NCBI GenBank assembly: GCA_045593905.1
Contig: JAZNXL010000024.1
Span: forward strand, 14,028-78,027
Source: Eubacteriales bacterium
GTDB taxonomy: Bacteria; Bacillota; Clostridia; Oscillospirales; QAKW01
Length of the DNA: 64,000 nt
Direction of reading: 5' to 3'
Below the pieces are notes generated by a model. The model worked only from the letters and a program-made list of their open reading frames with translations. It was not told the DNA's origin and ran no database searches. Of the stretch, positions 53,875 to 63,322 are shown one piece after another. Numbering within the stretch: position 1 is the stretch's first letter; the number at the start of each line of letters is the position of its first letter. The position numbers were made by a program, and so were the translations under genes.

Positions 53875-54561
53875 ATGTCAGCAGAAAAAATTTACACAAT
53901 TCGTATAAGTGAGGCTATGGACAAAAAATGCGGGTGTCCACTTTGTGCAATCGAAAGTCAGTTAAGAGACGACGAAGTTGAAAGAATACTCGGCGCGTCA
54001 ATGATGGAACCAAACGTTCGTGTTCAGACTAACGCAAAAGGCTTTTGTGCAAATCACCTTGATGCAATGATGGCAAAATCAAACCGCCTGTCACTTGCGC
54101 TTATGCTGTCAACTCATATGCAAGAGCTTAATAAAAAAATATTTGCCGACTGCGTGCCGCTTATGTCAAAAACACCCGATGCCAAAAAACAGGTGTCGGC
54201 GCTTACCAAAAAAGCGTGCAGCTGCTACCTTTGTGAGCGTGAGAACGCTTTTATGAGCGCAACCTACGGTGCGTTTGTGTATATGTATAAGTCGATGGAC
54301 GGCTTTGAAGAAAAACTAAAACAGCAGCCCTATATTTGCCTAAAGCATACAAGACTGCTGTTTGATACTGCAATAAAATCACTTTCAAAAGACCAGTTAA
54401 AAGGGTTTGCCGCCGCTATAAACGAAATCAATATGCGCTACAGCGCCGAGCTTGTAGAAGACGTTGATTGGTTTTGCAAAAAATTCGATTACCGTTATAA
54501 AGATGCCGACTGGAAAAACTCAAAAGACTCGGTTGAACGCGCTGTTAAGTTTTTAAAGTAG
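53875..54561 (+). CDS. Cys-rich protein of unknown function
   Basis: 228 aa with the motifs CGCPLC and CSCYLC. The 3' end overlaps the convergent gene by 17 nt. Confidence 0.65.
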   Translation: MSAEKIYTIRISEAMDKKCGCPLCAIESQLRDDEVERILGASMMEPNVRVQTNAKGFCANHLDAMMAKSNRLSLALMLSTHMQELNKKIFADCVPLMSKTPDAKKQVSALTKKACSCYLCERENAFMSATYGAFVYMYKSMDGFEEKLKQQPYICLKHTRLLFDTAIKSLSKDQLKGFAAAINEINMRYSAELVEDVDWFCKKFDYRYKDADWKNSKDSVERAVKFLK

Positions 54562-55174
54562 TGTCATTGTAACAAATATACCAGTCTACACAGTATCCGC
54601 CTGTTTGAAGAGCCTGCGTTGCGCCGTTAAGTGCCTCGTCAAGCGTTGTCGGCGGATGCGATAATGTTTGCTCCCCCGGTGTCCAGTTTGCAGGTGTGCG
54701 AAGGCTCTTTTCGCTTATTTCTTTTAGCGCTAAAAGCTCTCTTTCAATCTCGGTTACGTTAAGTCCCGACGATGTATCGCCTTTTTTAATATGGCGCACA
54801 ACACCGTCGGGGTCAATTATTATAACTGCCGACTCATTACCCGCATCAATACCGAGCGCGTTTTGCGTAACTCCGTTTTTGTCTGAAATAAGCTCAATAC
54901 CAATCGACTTTCCCTGTCGGCTCTGGTTTCGAAGCGAAAGTATCCACGCAAGATGGGTGGCTATTGAGTCAGAAGACATTGCTATTACGTTTGCGTCATA
55001 CGCAAAAAACTTTGGAAGCGCTTTTTCAAGCGCAAGTATGTCCGATGCCGACGACGGCGAAAAATCGCCCTCGTATATATAAAGCACTGTCCACTTTCCG
55101 TCGGTTGCAGGCAGGCTTATCTGCCCGTTTGTAGACGGCAGTGTTGCAGGCGTAAATTTGTTGCCTGTTGTCAT
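54545..55174 (-). CDS. Peroxiredoxin-fold protein lacking the peroxidatic cysteine
   Basis: Prx6-like alignment, but DFTPVCTTE is replaced by DFSPSSASD. The SSDSIATHLAW block is retained. Confidence 0.8.
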   Translation of the reverse strand: MTTGNKFTPATLPSTNGQISLPATDGKWTVLYIYEGDFSPSSASDILALEKALPKFFAYDANVIAMSSDSIATHLAWILSLRNQSRQGKSIGIELISDKNGVTQNALGIDAGNESAVIIIDPDGVVRHIKKGDTSSGLNVTEIERELLALKEISEKSLRTPANWTPGEQTLSHPPTTLDEALNGATQALQTGGYCVDWYICYNDTTLKT

Positions 55175-55241
55175 ACAAATACTCCTTTCGGTCTATTATA
55201 TGAAAAACAGCGCAAATTAAATAAAAACTAAAGGAATTGTT

Positions 55242-56336
55242 ATGAAACGTATATTTCAGTTTAAAAGAATATACCTTTTACTGCTAACGCCCCTGTCGCT
55301 TTTGCTTGTGTTTTTTGCACGGTTAAACAACGAGTGGGTAGAGCATTTTTATTTTCCGTATATTTACTCACCTATAAGGGCGGTAGTTGGAACGCTAACC
55401 TCTCTTTTTCCATTTTCGGTAACCGAGCTGCTTGCGGTTTTGCTTTTTTTGTTTTGCGTTTGGTATATTGTTAGGGTAATTATACAGATTGTAAAGAACA
55501 AACGAAGGTGGAAGCATATTGTATACAAGCTTTTTATAAACATCCTTTGCACCGCATCAATACTGCTTTTTGGCTTTGAGCTGTGCATGGGGCTTAACTA
55601 CTATCGCAAAAGCGTAACTGAATATTTGGGGCTTGAGGTTAAACAGTCATCAGCGACCGAACTTTACAACGTTTGTAAAATACTTGTAAACGATATGAAT
55701 AAGGCGCGCGCTAAAATGAAAACAAACGCGGCAAACGTCGCGGTACTTTCAGATGACAACCGCTATCAAACATCAAATGCGGCGCGTGATGCTTACAAAA
55801 AATTAAGTAACGACTACCCAATATTAAAGGGCACCGATATAAAAAATAAACCTCTTGTGTCAAGCAGGTTGTTTTCGTACTTTTTAACAACCGGCATTTA
55901 TATTCCGTACACCTTTGAGTCGAACATAAACGTTGATGTTCCCGAGCATACAATTCCTGCAACAATGTGCCACGAGCTTACTCACTCGCGCGGGTTTATG
56001 CGCGAAGAAGAGGCAAACTTTTTGGGGTATCTTGCCTGTATCTATTCTGACCGTGCCGACTTTAACTACAGCGGCAGTGTAATGGCGTTTAACTACTGCT
56101 TTGAAAAGCTTTACGACGCTGATATATCTCTTGCAAAAGAAATTGCTGCAATGTGTGACAAGGGTATTGTTATTGATATGACTTACGAGTCGCAATATTG
56201 GAAAAAGTATTTTGGTACACCTGTAGCCGATGCGGGCGATGTTGTGTACGATAGTTATCTGCAGGTAAACGGACAGCAAAGCGGTATTAAAAGCTACGGA
56301 TTAATGGTCGATTTGCTTATTGCCTATTACTCATAA
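55242..56336 (+). CDS. DUF3810-family membrane protein with an HExxH motif
   Basis: N-terminal TM segments and the motif MCHELTHSRG. Confidence 0.8.
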   Translation: MKRIFQFKRIYLLLLTPLSLLLVFFARLNNEWVEHFYFPYIYSPIRAVVGTLTSLFPFSVTELLAVLLFLFCVWYIVRVIIQIVKNKRRWKHIVYKLFINILCTASILLFGFELCMGLNYYRKSVTEYLGLEVKQSSATELYNVCKILVNDMNKARAKMKTNAANVAVLSDDNRYQTSNAARDAYKKLSNDYPILKGTDIKNKPLVSSRLFSYFLTTGIYIPYTFESNINVDVPEHTIPATMCHELTHSRGFMREEEANFLGYLACIYSDRADFNYSGSVMAFNYCFEKLYDADISLAKEIAAMCDKGIVIDMTYESQYWKKYFGTPVADAGDVVYDSYLQVNGQQSGIKSYGLMVDLLIAYYS

Positions 56337-56353
56337 AAGCAAATATTTTAAAG

Positions 56354-56420
56354 TCGCTCTCAATATATATTTGATAGAGTATTAAAATTCTGTCAATGAT
56401 ATATTGAGAGCGATTTTTTT
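56354..56420 (+). terminator. Long hairpin (about 15-bp stem, 30-nt loop) plus T7
   Basis: TCGCTCTCAATATAT pairs with ATATATTGAGAGCGA. The T-run ends 16 nt before the clpC-like ATG. An extended -10 (TGATATATT, 56397-56405) lies in the 3' arm. Confidence 0.6.
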
Positions 56421-56436
56421 ATTGAGGGAGAATTGT

Positions 56437-58764
56437 ATGGAACGTTTTTCAAAAAAAGCAGGTGCGTCACTACAAAACGCACAGGATATAGCCTCGTCAT
56501 TGGGGCACACATACATTGGCTCAGAGCATTTGTTGCTCGGAATTTTAAAAGAAACGGCGTCGGTAGGCGGGCGGATATTGCTCACACGCGGTATTACCTA
56601 CGATAAAGTAAAAGATAAGCTTTTAGAGCTTGTGCCGACGGCGTCACCTACAAAACTTGGTAGCGGTGATATGACCTCGCGCACACGCAAAATAATTGAG
56701 CAGTCAATGGTACAGGCAAAGCGACTTGGGTTTACCGCTATAGGTACCGAGCATATTTTACTTGCAATGTGTGCCGAGCGCGAGAGTGTTGCAATGCAGA
56801 TACTTACCCGTCTTGGTACGCCACCGCAAACGTTAAAAGACACCATAACTGAAAAATTGGGTCTTTACGAGATTATGCCGTATAGCAATCGACCACAGCA
56901 AAAAAACTATAAGGTTATTTCAAAATACGCGCAAAACCTTGTTTCGCAGGCAAAAGAGGGTAGGCTTACTCAGGCGGTAGGGCGCGAAAAAGAGCTTGAG
57001 CGGGTAATGAGCATACTGTGTAGAAAAAGTAAAAACAACCCCTGCCTTATAGGTGAGCCGGGTGTTGGCAAAACCTGTATTGCCGAGGCGCTCGCAATAG
57101 CGATAGCATCAAATCAGGCACCGCCAATGCTTTGTGACAAGCAACTGTTTATGCTTGACCTTACCGCAATGATTGCAGGCTCAAAATACAGGGGCGAGTT
57201 TGAAGAACGCCTTCGCGCCGTGCTTGACGAGGCAGAGAAAAACCCCGAAATAATACTGTTTGTTGACGAGGTGCATATAGTGGTCGGTGCGGGCGCCGCC
57301 GAGGGCGCAATTGATGCAGGTAACATTTTAAAGCCTGCGCTTGCAAGAGGTAAAATAAAAATGATGGGTGCCACCACCACGCTCGAGTACCGAAAACATA
57401 TTGAAAAAGACCGCGCGCTTGAGCGTAGGTTTGCACCTGTTATAGTAAGTGAGCCGAGCGAGGCGGTAACGGTTGATATTATAAAAAGTCTTCGACCGTC
57501 GCTCGAAAGCCACCACAGCGTTACCATTTTGGATGAGGCGATTGATACCGCGGTTTCGCTTTCGGTAAGGTTTATAGGCGACAGGTTTTTGCCCGATAAG
57601 GCTATTGACCTTATTGACGAGAGCGCATCTTGTGCAAAAATACAAAAGCTAAACCGACAGGCGTTAACAAAAAAAGAAACTCGCCAAAAGGTAGAGCAGC
57701 TTATAAAAAGCGGAAAATACTCACTTGCTGCACAACTGAGAGAAAGTATGTATGAGGCGGCGGCCGATGTTACGCCTGTAATAAGTGCCGAACAGGTGCG
57801 CCGTACAGTTTCAAAATGGACGGGTGTTCCAATGCACTCGCTCGGGCAAAAAAGCGATTTTGAGTTTGAGAGAGTTGCCGATGCGCTTAATAAAAAAATA
57901 ATAGGTCAAAGCGGGGCTATAAACAAGGTTTGCTATGCGCTTATGCGCTCTTATACAGGAATATCCGACCCCGACCGACCTGTTGCATCGTTTGTGTTTG
58001 CAGGGCCTACAGGTGTTGGTAAAACCGAGCTTTGCAGAGAACTTGCAAAACAGCTTTTTGGCTCAAAAAATGCACTTATAAAGCTTGATATGTCAGAGTA
58101 CACCGAGCGCCACAGTATCTCACGTCTTACAGGCTCGCCGCCGGGCTATATCGGTCACGATGAGGGCAGTATGCTTTGCGAACGAGTGCGCACAAGACCG
58201 TATAGCATTGTGCTTTTTGACGAGATGGAAAAAGCGCACCCTGAGGTGCTTAATATTTTGCTCGGGATACTTGACGACGGCGTACTCACCGACACTCACG
58301 GCAGGGTGACGTCGTTTAAAAACACCGTTATAATTTTAACAACCAACATTGGTCAAAATGACGTAAAACCGCTCGGCTTTAAAAATGAACAGGGAGATAG
58401 CGCGGTCGTTCGCGCGCTCTCAAAGTTTTTACGCCCCGAGCTTTTAAACCGAATTGACAGCGTTGTCGAGTTTGAGCCGCTTTATAAAGAGGATATTTTA
58501 AAAATAACAAGCCTTGCACTTTCAGAGCTTTCAAACAAGCTAAAACTGCGCGGGTTTGAAATCGCCTTTGATAGCGGCGTTGCCGAGTATTTATTTTTAA
58601 AGAACAAAAGCTTAAAGTTTGGCGCACGCGAGGTAAAACGTATTGTAAGCGAACACGTTGCAAACCCTGTTGCACTTAAAATTTCAAAGGGCGAAATTTC
58701 AGAGGGAGTGCCTGTGTGCCTTAGTGCAAACGATATCAGCTGTCACTCTACCGTAACAATATAA
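56437..58764 (+). CDS. clpC: Clp/Hsp100 AAA+ ATPase, ClpC-like
   Basis: Double Clp-N repeat, Walker A motifs GEPGVGKT and GPTGVGKT, short middle domain, LGF ClpP-docking tripeptide. ATG at 56437 follows GAGGGAG. Confidence 0.88.
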   Translation: MERFSKKAGASLQNAQDIASSLGHTYIGSEHLLLGILKETASVGGRILLTRGITYDKVKDKLLELVPTASPTKLGSGDMTSRTRKIIEQSMVQAKRLGFTAIGTEHILLAMCAERESVAMQILTRLGTPPQTLKDTITEKLGLYEIMPYSNRPQQKNYKVISKYAQNLVSQAKEGRLTQAVGREKELERVMSILCRKSKNNPCLIGEPGVGKTCIAEALAIAIASNQAPPMLCDKQLFMLDLTAMIAGSKYRGEFEERLRAVLDEAEKNPEIILFVDEVHIVVGAGAAEGAIDAGNILKPALARGKIKMMGATTTLEYRKHIEKDRALERRFAPVIVSEPSEAVTVDIIKSLRPSLESHHSVTILDEAIDTAVSLSVRFIGDRFLPDKAIDLIDESASCAKIQKLNRQALTKKETRQKVEQLIKSGKYSLAAQLRESMYEAAADVTPVISAEQVRRTVSKWTGVPMHSLGQKSDFEFERVADALNKKIIGQSGAINKVCYALMRSYTGISDPDRPVASFVFAGPTGVGKTELCRELAKQLFGSKNALIKLDMSEYTERHSISRLTGSPPGYIGHDEGSMLCERVRTRPYSIVLFDEMEKAHPEVLNILLGILDDGVLTDTHGRVTSFKNTVIILTTNIGQNDVKPLGFKNEQGDSAVVRALSKFLRPELLNRIDSVVEFEPLYKEDILKITSLALSELSNKLKLRGFEIAFDSGVAEYLFLKNKSLKFGAREVKRIVSEHVANPVALKISKGEISEGVPVCLSANDISCHSTVTI

Positions 58765-58790
58765 AAAGCAGCCTTTTAGGCTGCTTTTTT
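58763..58790. terminator. Bidirectional terminator
   Basis: GCAGCC TTTTA GGCTGC followed by T6. Confidence 0.85.
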
Positions 58791-58791
58791 A

Positions 58792-59760
58792 TTAGTTGTT
58801 TAAAAACTCTTTTTGAGCTTCGGCAAATCTAAACATATCGTTTAGTATCCAGTAGTATTTTGACTCAACGGTAAACGCGTTGGGGTTGCATACCCAGCCT
58901 TTAACATTGTTAAGACCTACGCAGTTTACGTGATAGTTAATCATATCACGCGAGCTTTCGTGTCTGAACCAGGTTGAGCACATAGGGTAAACGTCATAGC
59001 CCCACGAACAAAGCTTGTCGCACATCTTCATTTCGTCTTTGATACGTCCCTGAACGATATAGTGCGGATAAATTGGCTTAAAGTAGAGGTATGATAAAAT
59101 TACGTTTTTGGGTAAAAAGCTTTTAAGCACGTCTTCTTTGTCAGCACCGCGGCCGCCGATAAACTCGGCTGAATTTTCGTCAATCCAAATCCAAGGTCTT
59201 GTGCCGAATTTGTCGCAAATATCAAAGAGCGCACGCATATCGCGTCTTAAAACCTCTTGATTTCGGCGGGTCATAATCGCCTGGTTTTCTTGCTTTTCCA
59301 TAAACTCCGACTCAAAGCCTAAATGGCAAAACTCGGGGCTTTCAAAAAGCTCTAAAACCTCGGTTAAAATATCGCAGCAAAACTCGTTATACCACTTTGA
59401 GCCTGCGGTTGTGCAGTATTCACCTGTCCAGGCGTTTCTTACTGCCGAAAAGTCGAGCATGGGAGCTACTTTCATACCAAGCTCTCTTATTTTGTTTAAG
59501 TAACCCTTAAATTCGGCTTTTGGCATTGAGCCTTTAATAGCAATTTCGGGGTGCGAATCGTAAATAATGCCTTCACCAAGGTTGAGCATTACTGTGTCAA
59601 AGCCGTAGTCTTTTGCGGCAACGAGTAATTTTTCAAAGGTGTTTTTATCAAAGTATACTTCAGTTTTATATCCGCCGTCTTCAATGTCGAGCGGGTAAAG
59701 TGCGCCGGGCTTGTCGTAGAAGTTTGAGCCTACGCGTAAGATAATTACTTTGTTCATCAT
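58792..59760 (-). CDS. Uncharacterised protein, paralog 1 (possible TIM-barrel glycosidase-like fold)
   Basis: 322 aa, clearly homologous to the upstream gene (IYDSHPEIA, PEF..LG, RPWIWID, SWGYD). Confidence 0.75.
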   Translation of the reverse strand: MMNKVIILRVGSNFYDKPGALYPLDIEDGGYKTEVYFDKNTFEKLLVAAKDYGFDTVMLNLGEGIIYDSHPEIAIKGSMPKAEFKGYLNKIRELGMKVAPMLDFSAVRNAWTGEYCTTAGSKWYNEFCCDILTEVLELFESPEFCHLGFESEFMEKQENQAIMTRRNQEVLRRDMRALFDICDKFGTRPWIWIDENSAEFIGGRGADKEDVLKSFLPKNVILSYLYFKPIYPHYIVQGRIKDEMKMCDKLCSWGYDVYPMCSTWFRHESSRDMINYHVNCVGLNNVKGWVCNPNAFTVESKYYWILNDMFRFAEAQKEFLNN

Positions 59761-60674
59761 TTTTCTACCTCGTCTTTCCAGGCCTTGTCAAAGTTATGTA
59801 AGTTTGTTAAAAGGCCAAGCTCTTGGTACTTTGTTGTCATAAGCCAGGGTGCAATCATATAACCTTTTATCGACTCTTTTGAAACGTGGTTTTCGCAATA
59901 GCGCAAAACGTCTTTTGAGTTTAAGTGATAACCCCAAATTGACGTTGTGGGAATTTGTTCATAGCCCCACTCGTCGAGCTGGTTAAAAAACTTTATCCAA
60001 TCGGGGAAACCTGTTTGATAGTGTTTTTCGGTAACGTCGTCATAGTACCAGTTTGAAACGAGAACGTCGGTGCCAACGCCTTTTCTAAAGTTTTCTTCGC
60101 CGCCAAACGAGGGAATATCGCGCGGGTCAACCCAAATCCAAGGTCTAACACCCTTTGCTCTTGCAACGTCGAAAAAGTAGTTCATATCCTCAATACGTTT
60201 GTTTTGTGTTCTTACAACACCAACGCGTTGGTTAACCTGCATTATATAAATTTCCTCGTCCATACCAAGCTGTATAAACTCGGGTTTTTCAAAAAGTTCA
60301 ATTGTTTCTTCAATAAGGTTTTTGCACACTTCGTAATATTTTTTGGTGCCGACCATATACGAATACTCTTTAAGCCAGGTATCGTGACCTGTTGAGAAGT
60401 TGAGCTTGGGGTAGGGGGTGAGTCCAATTTCTCTTAACCGGTCAAGCTCCTTTTTAAATTCAGCTTTTGTCCAGCTTCCCTCAAGCGCAATTTCGGGACA
60501 GCTATCGTAAATAACGGCATCGCCAACGTCAACTAAAACTGCGTTGTAGCCGAGTGCAGCCATTTCGTTTGTAATGCTTTTCCATACCTCGTAGTCCAAA
60601 TTAAGCGGGCCGTCGTCTTCAACCCACATATTTGTGGCAAAGTGTAAAAGCGCTGCTTTCATGTTTTTTTGCAT
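59757..60674 (-). CDS. Uncharacterised protein, paralog 2
   Basis: 305 aa counted from the ATG at 60674 (AGGAGG RBS). An ATGA start/stop overlap links it to paralog 1. Confidence 0.75.
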   Translation of the reverse strand: MQKNMKAALLHFATNMWVEDDGPLNLDYEVWKSITNEMAALGYNAVLVDVGDAVIYDSCPEIALEGSWTKAEFKKELDRLREIGLTPYPKLNFSTGHDTWLKEYSYMVGTKKYYEVCKNLIEETIELFEKPEFIQLGMDEEIYIMQVNQRVGVVRTQNKRIEDMNYFFDVARAKGVRPWIWVDPRDIPSFGGEENFRKGVGTDVLVSNWYYDDVTEKHYQTGFPDWIKFFNQLDEWGYEQIPTTSIWGYHLNSKDVLRYCENHVSKESIKGYMIAPWLMTTKYQELGLLTNLHNFDKAWKDEVEK

Positions 60675-60743
60675 AATAAAAACACCTCCTACCACAAATT
60701 ATATAGAAGGTGTTAAATTTGTCAATGAGAAAAACCAAAAATT

Positions 60744-61535
60744 TTAAACTTTTTTATAAACTAAAATATTAAACGCTGCCGTTATTTCAAGGCTTGGTAT
60801 TTTATCAAGTTTTTTAATATCTTCGGGCGAGGTTTTATAGTAGTACGGTGTCATTGTAAACAGCGTTTTTAACTGCTCGGTGGTTGCTGTAAACTTGTAT
60901 ACCACCGACTCTGTTTTTGTAATTTCAAATCCGTCAATTTGGGGCGAGAGCAGGTCGTTATAAAGCGGGTTTTTATAAACCGCCGCTTTTAGCTCGAACA
61001 AATGCTCTTTTTTCGGGGTTACACGCAAAAGTGTACCGCCGTCTTTTAAAATTCTTAAAATCTCGGCTTGGTTTATTGGCGCAAAAACCGAAAGCGTGGC
61101 ATCAATGCTTTTATCGTTAAACGGAAGCGCCGCGCTTGATGCAACTGCAGTCTTTATGCCAAGCGGTTTTGTGCGAGGTGATGCCACCTCTAAAATTTCT
61201 TTTGAAATATCAATACCAACACAGTCAATATCTTCACGAAGTTTTTTTATTTGTTCTAAGTAATAACACTCGCCGCAACCAATATCGGCTAAAGTGCCGC
61301 ACGGCAAAAGCTTTGCAACAGTTTTTGCAAGCTTAAAATAATGACCGCTGTTTAAAAATTCGCGCCTTGCAATTGCCATTGCCTTGTCGTCGCCGTGATG
61401 CCGATTTTTTGAAGCTTGCGACATCAAAAGGTTAACATACCCTTTTTTAGAAATATCGTAGCAATGGTTGTTTTTGCAAAGGTAACTGCCACCGCTTATT
61501 ATTAAATTTTGTTTGCAAACAGGGCAAATAAACAT
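60744..61535 (-). CDS. rlmA: 23S rRNA (guanine-N1)-methyltransferase RlmA-like
   Basis: N-terminal Zn finger CPVC...CKNNHC...GYVNLL, then a SAM motif DIGCGECYY. Confidence 0.85.
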   Translation of the reverse strand: MFICPVCKQNLIISGGSYLCKNNHCYDISKKGYVNLLMSQASKNRHHGDDKAMAIARREFLNSGHYFKLAKTVAKLLPCGTLADIGCGECYYLEQIKKLREDIDCVGIDISKEILEVASPRTKPLGIKTAVASSAALPFNDKSIDATLSVFAPINQAEILRILKDGGTLLRVTPKKEHLFELKAAVYKNPLYNDLLSPQIDGFEITKTESVVYKFTATTEQLKTLFTMTPYYYKTSPEDIKKLDKIPSLEITAAFNILVYKKV

Positions 61536-62405
61536 TTACTGTTTCCTTTCAAAGTTTGGTATAAACTTTTTGTCGGCTGACGAAATTTGCTGGCAAAACG
61601 CCTGTGTCAAACCAAGGCGCGCGGCATAGTCTACCACGCTTTTATACTCGCGCTCGGTAAGCTTTCGCATAAGCTCGGGGTAGTCACTGCTTGTAACAGG
61701 CGTATACTGACTCATAATCGAGATATAAACCTTATTACAGTAGCGTTCAAAAATATGCTTTATTATTTGCTTTGCTTCAATAATGTTGTCGGGTAAAACA
61801 AGCACCCGCACAATAACGCCCTTTACCATAAGCCCATTTTCAAAAACAGGCTCAGGTGCGTTTTTAACCATAACGTCAATAGCTTTTGTTGCAACCTCGG
61901 GGTAGTCGGGCGCGTTTGCATACTTTTTAGCGGTAGCATTGTTAAAAAACTTAAAATCGGCAAGGTATATGTCAATGTCGTCTTTTAACGCTTTGACTAC
62001 ATTCTCGGTAAGATAAGACGAGGTGTTGAGTACAAACGGAATGTTTATTCCATCTTTTTTTGCCCTTTTTATAACAGGCAATACCTGTGGTATATAGTGG
62101 TCGCAGGTGACAAGGTTAATGTTGTGTGCGCCCTCGTTTTTAAGGTCAAAAAAGATGTTATAAAGCTCGTTGTCGGTTACGGCATTACCTGTAAGTCGCT
62201 TTGAAATATCGGCGTTTTGACAAAATACGCAACCTAGCGAACAACCCGAAAAAAAGACTGTACCCGAGCCGTTTTTGCCCGAAATGCACGGCTCTTCCCA
62301 AAAATGCCGAGCGGCACGGGCAACCTTTATAGTGTTGTCCGCACCGCATAAACCGTTTTCTTTTTGTCTGTTTTTATTACATTTTCTTGGACAGAGATTA
62401 CACAT
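61536..62405 (-). CDS. Radical SAM protein (PflX/activase-like)
   Basis: CX3CX2C motif CSLGCVFCQN. Confidence 0.85.
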   Translation of the reverse strand: MCNLCPRKCNKNRQKENGLCGADNTIKVARAARHFWEEPCISGKNGSGTVFFSGCSLGCVFCQNADISKRLTGNAVTDNELYNIFFDLKNEGAHNINLVTCDHYIPQVLPVIKRAKKDGINIPFVLNTSSYLTENVVKALKDDIDIYLADFKFFNNATAKKYANAPDYPEVATKAIDVMVKNAPEPVFENGLMVKGVIVRVLVLPDNIIEAKQIIKHIFERYCNKVYISIMSQYTPVTSSDYPELMRKLTEREYKSVVDYAARLGLTQAFCQQISSADKKFIPNFERKQ

Positions 62406-63316
62406 TATAAATCAAGTATACCAAGAATTATAACACCAACGAGTGTTATACCAAGCATAAGATAATGCTTTTTCGAAAGTCGCTCTTTTAAGAAAATTCT
62501 GCTCCAGAGCATTGAAACAATGCAGTAAGCCGAGATAATGGGAGCGGCATACATAACGTGCTCCTCGTCGCCGATTGCATAGATGTATGCGAGCTGACCT
62601 GCCGTTTCAAAGATAGCGCCGATGTATTTTGGGGTTTCTTGACGTGCAACAAGCGGCTGCTTTTTAATGAGCACAACGTAAACAAAGCATAAAATACCTG
62701 CAATTAAAAAGGTAAGCTCGTATGCAACGTTTGCCGAGTCTTCGTTAAGTGTTCTAAGAACAAGGCTGTCGGCAAAGGTGCCTGCTGCATCAAGAACACA
62801 GTATAATACAGGCAAAATAATAGCAAGCGCTGACTTTGCGTATTTAAAGTTACCCTTTAACTGACGCGCCGCGCGAAGCTCGTCGTCTTCGTGCGCCTCA
62901 ACAAAGCCAAGACCAATAACGCCTGTACAAACTGCTGCAAGAGCAATAAGCGGTAAAATGCCCGACTTGTCAAACGCAATCTCGCCCATAAATATGTAAA
63001 CAAGCGCAACACAAGCGCCCGATGCGTTACAAATGGGTGATGAAATTGAAAGCTCAATGTAACGCAGTGAAATGTAGCCCATTACCATTGAGATAATATA
63101 TAAGAGCGAAACGGGAAGATATTTTAAAATAATATCCAAGTTAATTTCAACACCGCCTACAAATACTTCGTAAGCCGCGTGTAGACCCATTATAATACCA
63201 ACCGCAGTTACCATTTTAAACTGCGCGTACTTATCTTTTTCTCTACAGCCTATTTTACTAAAAAGGTCAGAACCTGACCAGCACAAAAGTGCAATAATTG
63301 ATAACCAAAACCACAT
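62405..63316 (-). CDS. DMT/EamA-family permease
   Basis: 303 aa, 10 TM segments. Confidence 0.8.
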   Translation of the reverse strand: MWFWLSIIALLCWSGSDLFSKIGCREKDKYAQFKMVTAVGIIMGLHAAYEVFVGGVEINLDIILKYLPVSLLYIISMVMGYISLRYIELSISSPICNASGACVALVYIFMGEIAFDKSGILPLIALAAVCTGVIGLGFVEAHEDDELRAARQLKGNFKYAKSALAIILPVLYCVLDAAGTFADSLVLRTLNEDSANVAYELTFLIAGILCFVYVVLIKKQPLVARQETPKYIGAIFETAGQLAYIYAIGDEEHVMYAAPIISAYCIVSMLWSRIFLKERLSKKHYLMLGITLVGVIILGILDL

Positions 63317-63322
63317 AATTTT

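Noticed and set aside
56337-56436. CtsR operator (tandem GGTCAAA heptads) upstream of the clpC-like gene.
   Set aside because: No tandem heptad repeat is present; there is only a single GTCAAT. The region is instead a long terminator hairpin with an embedded extended -10 (TGATATATT).
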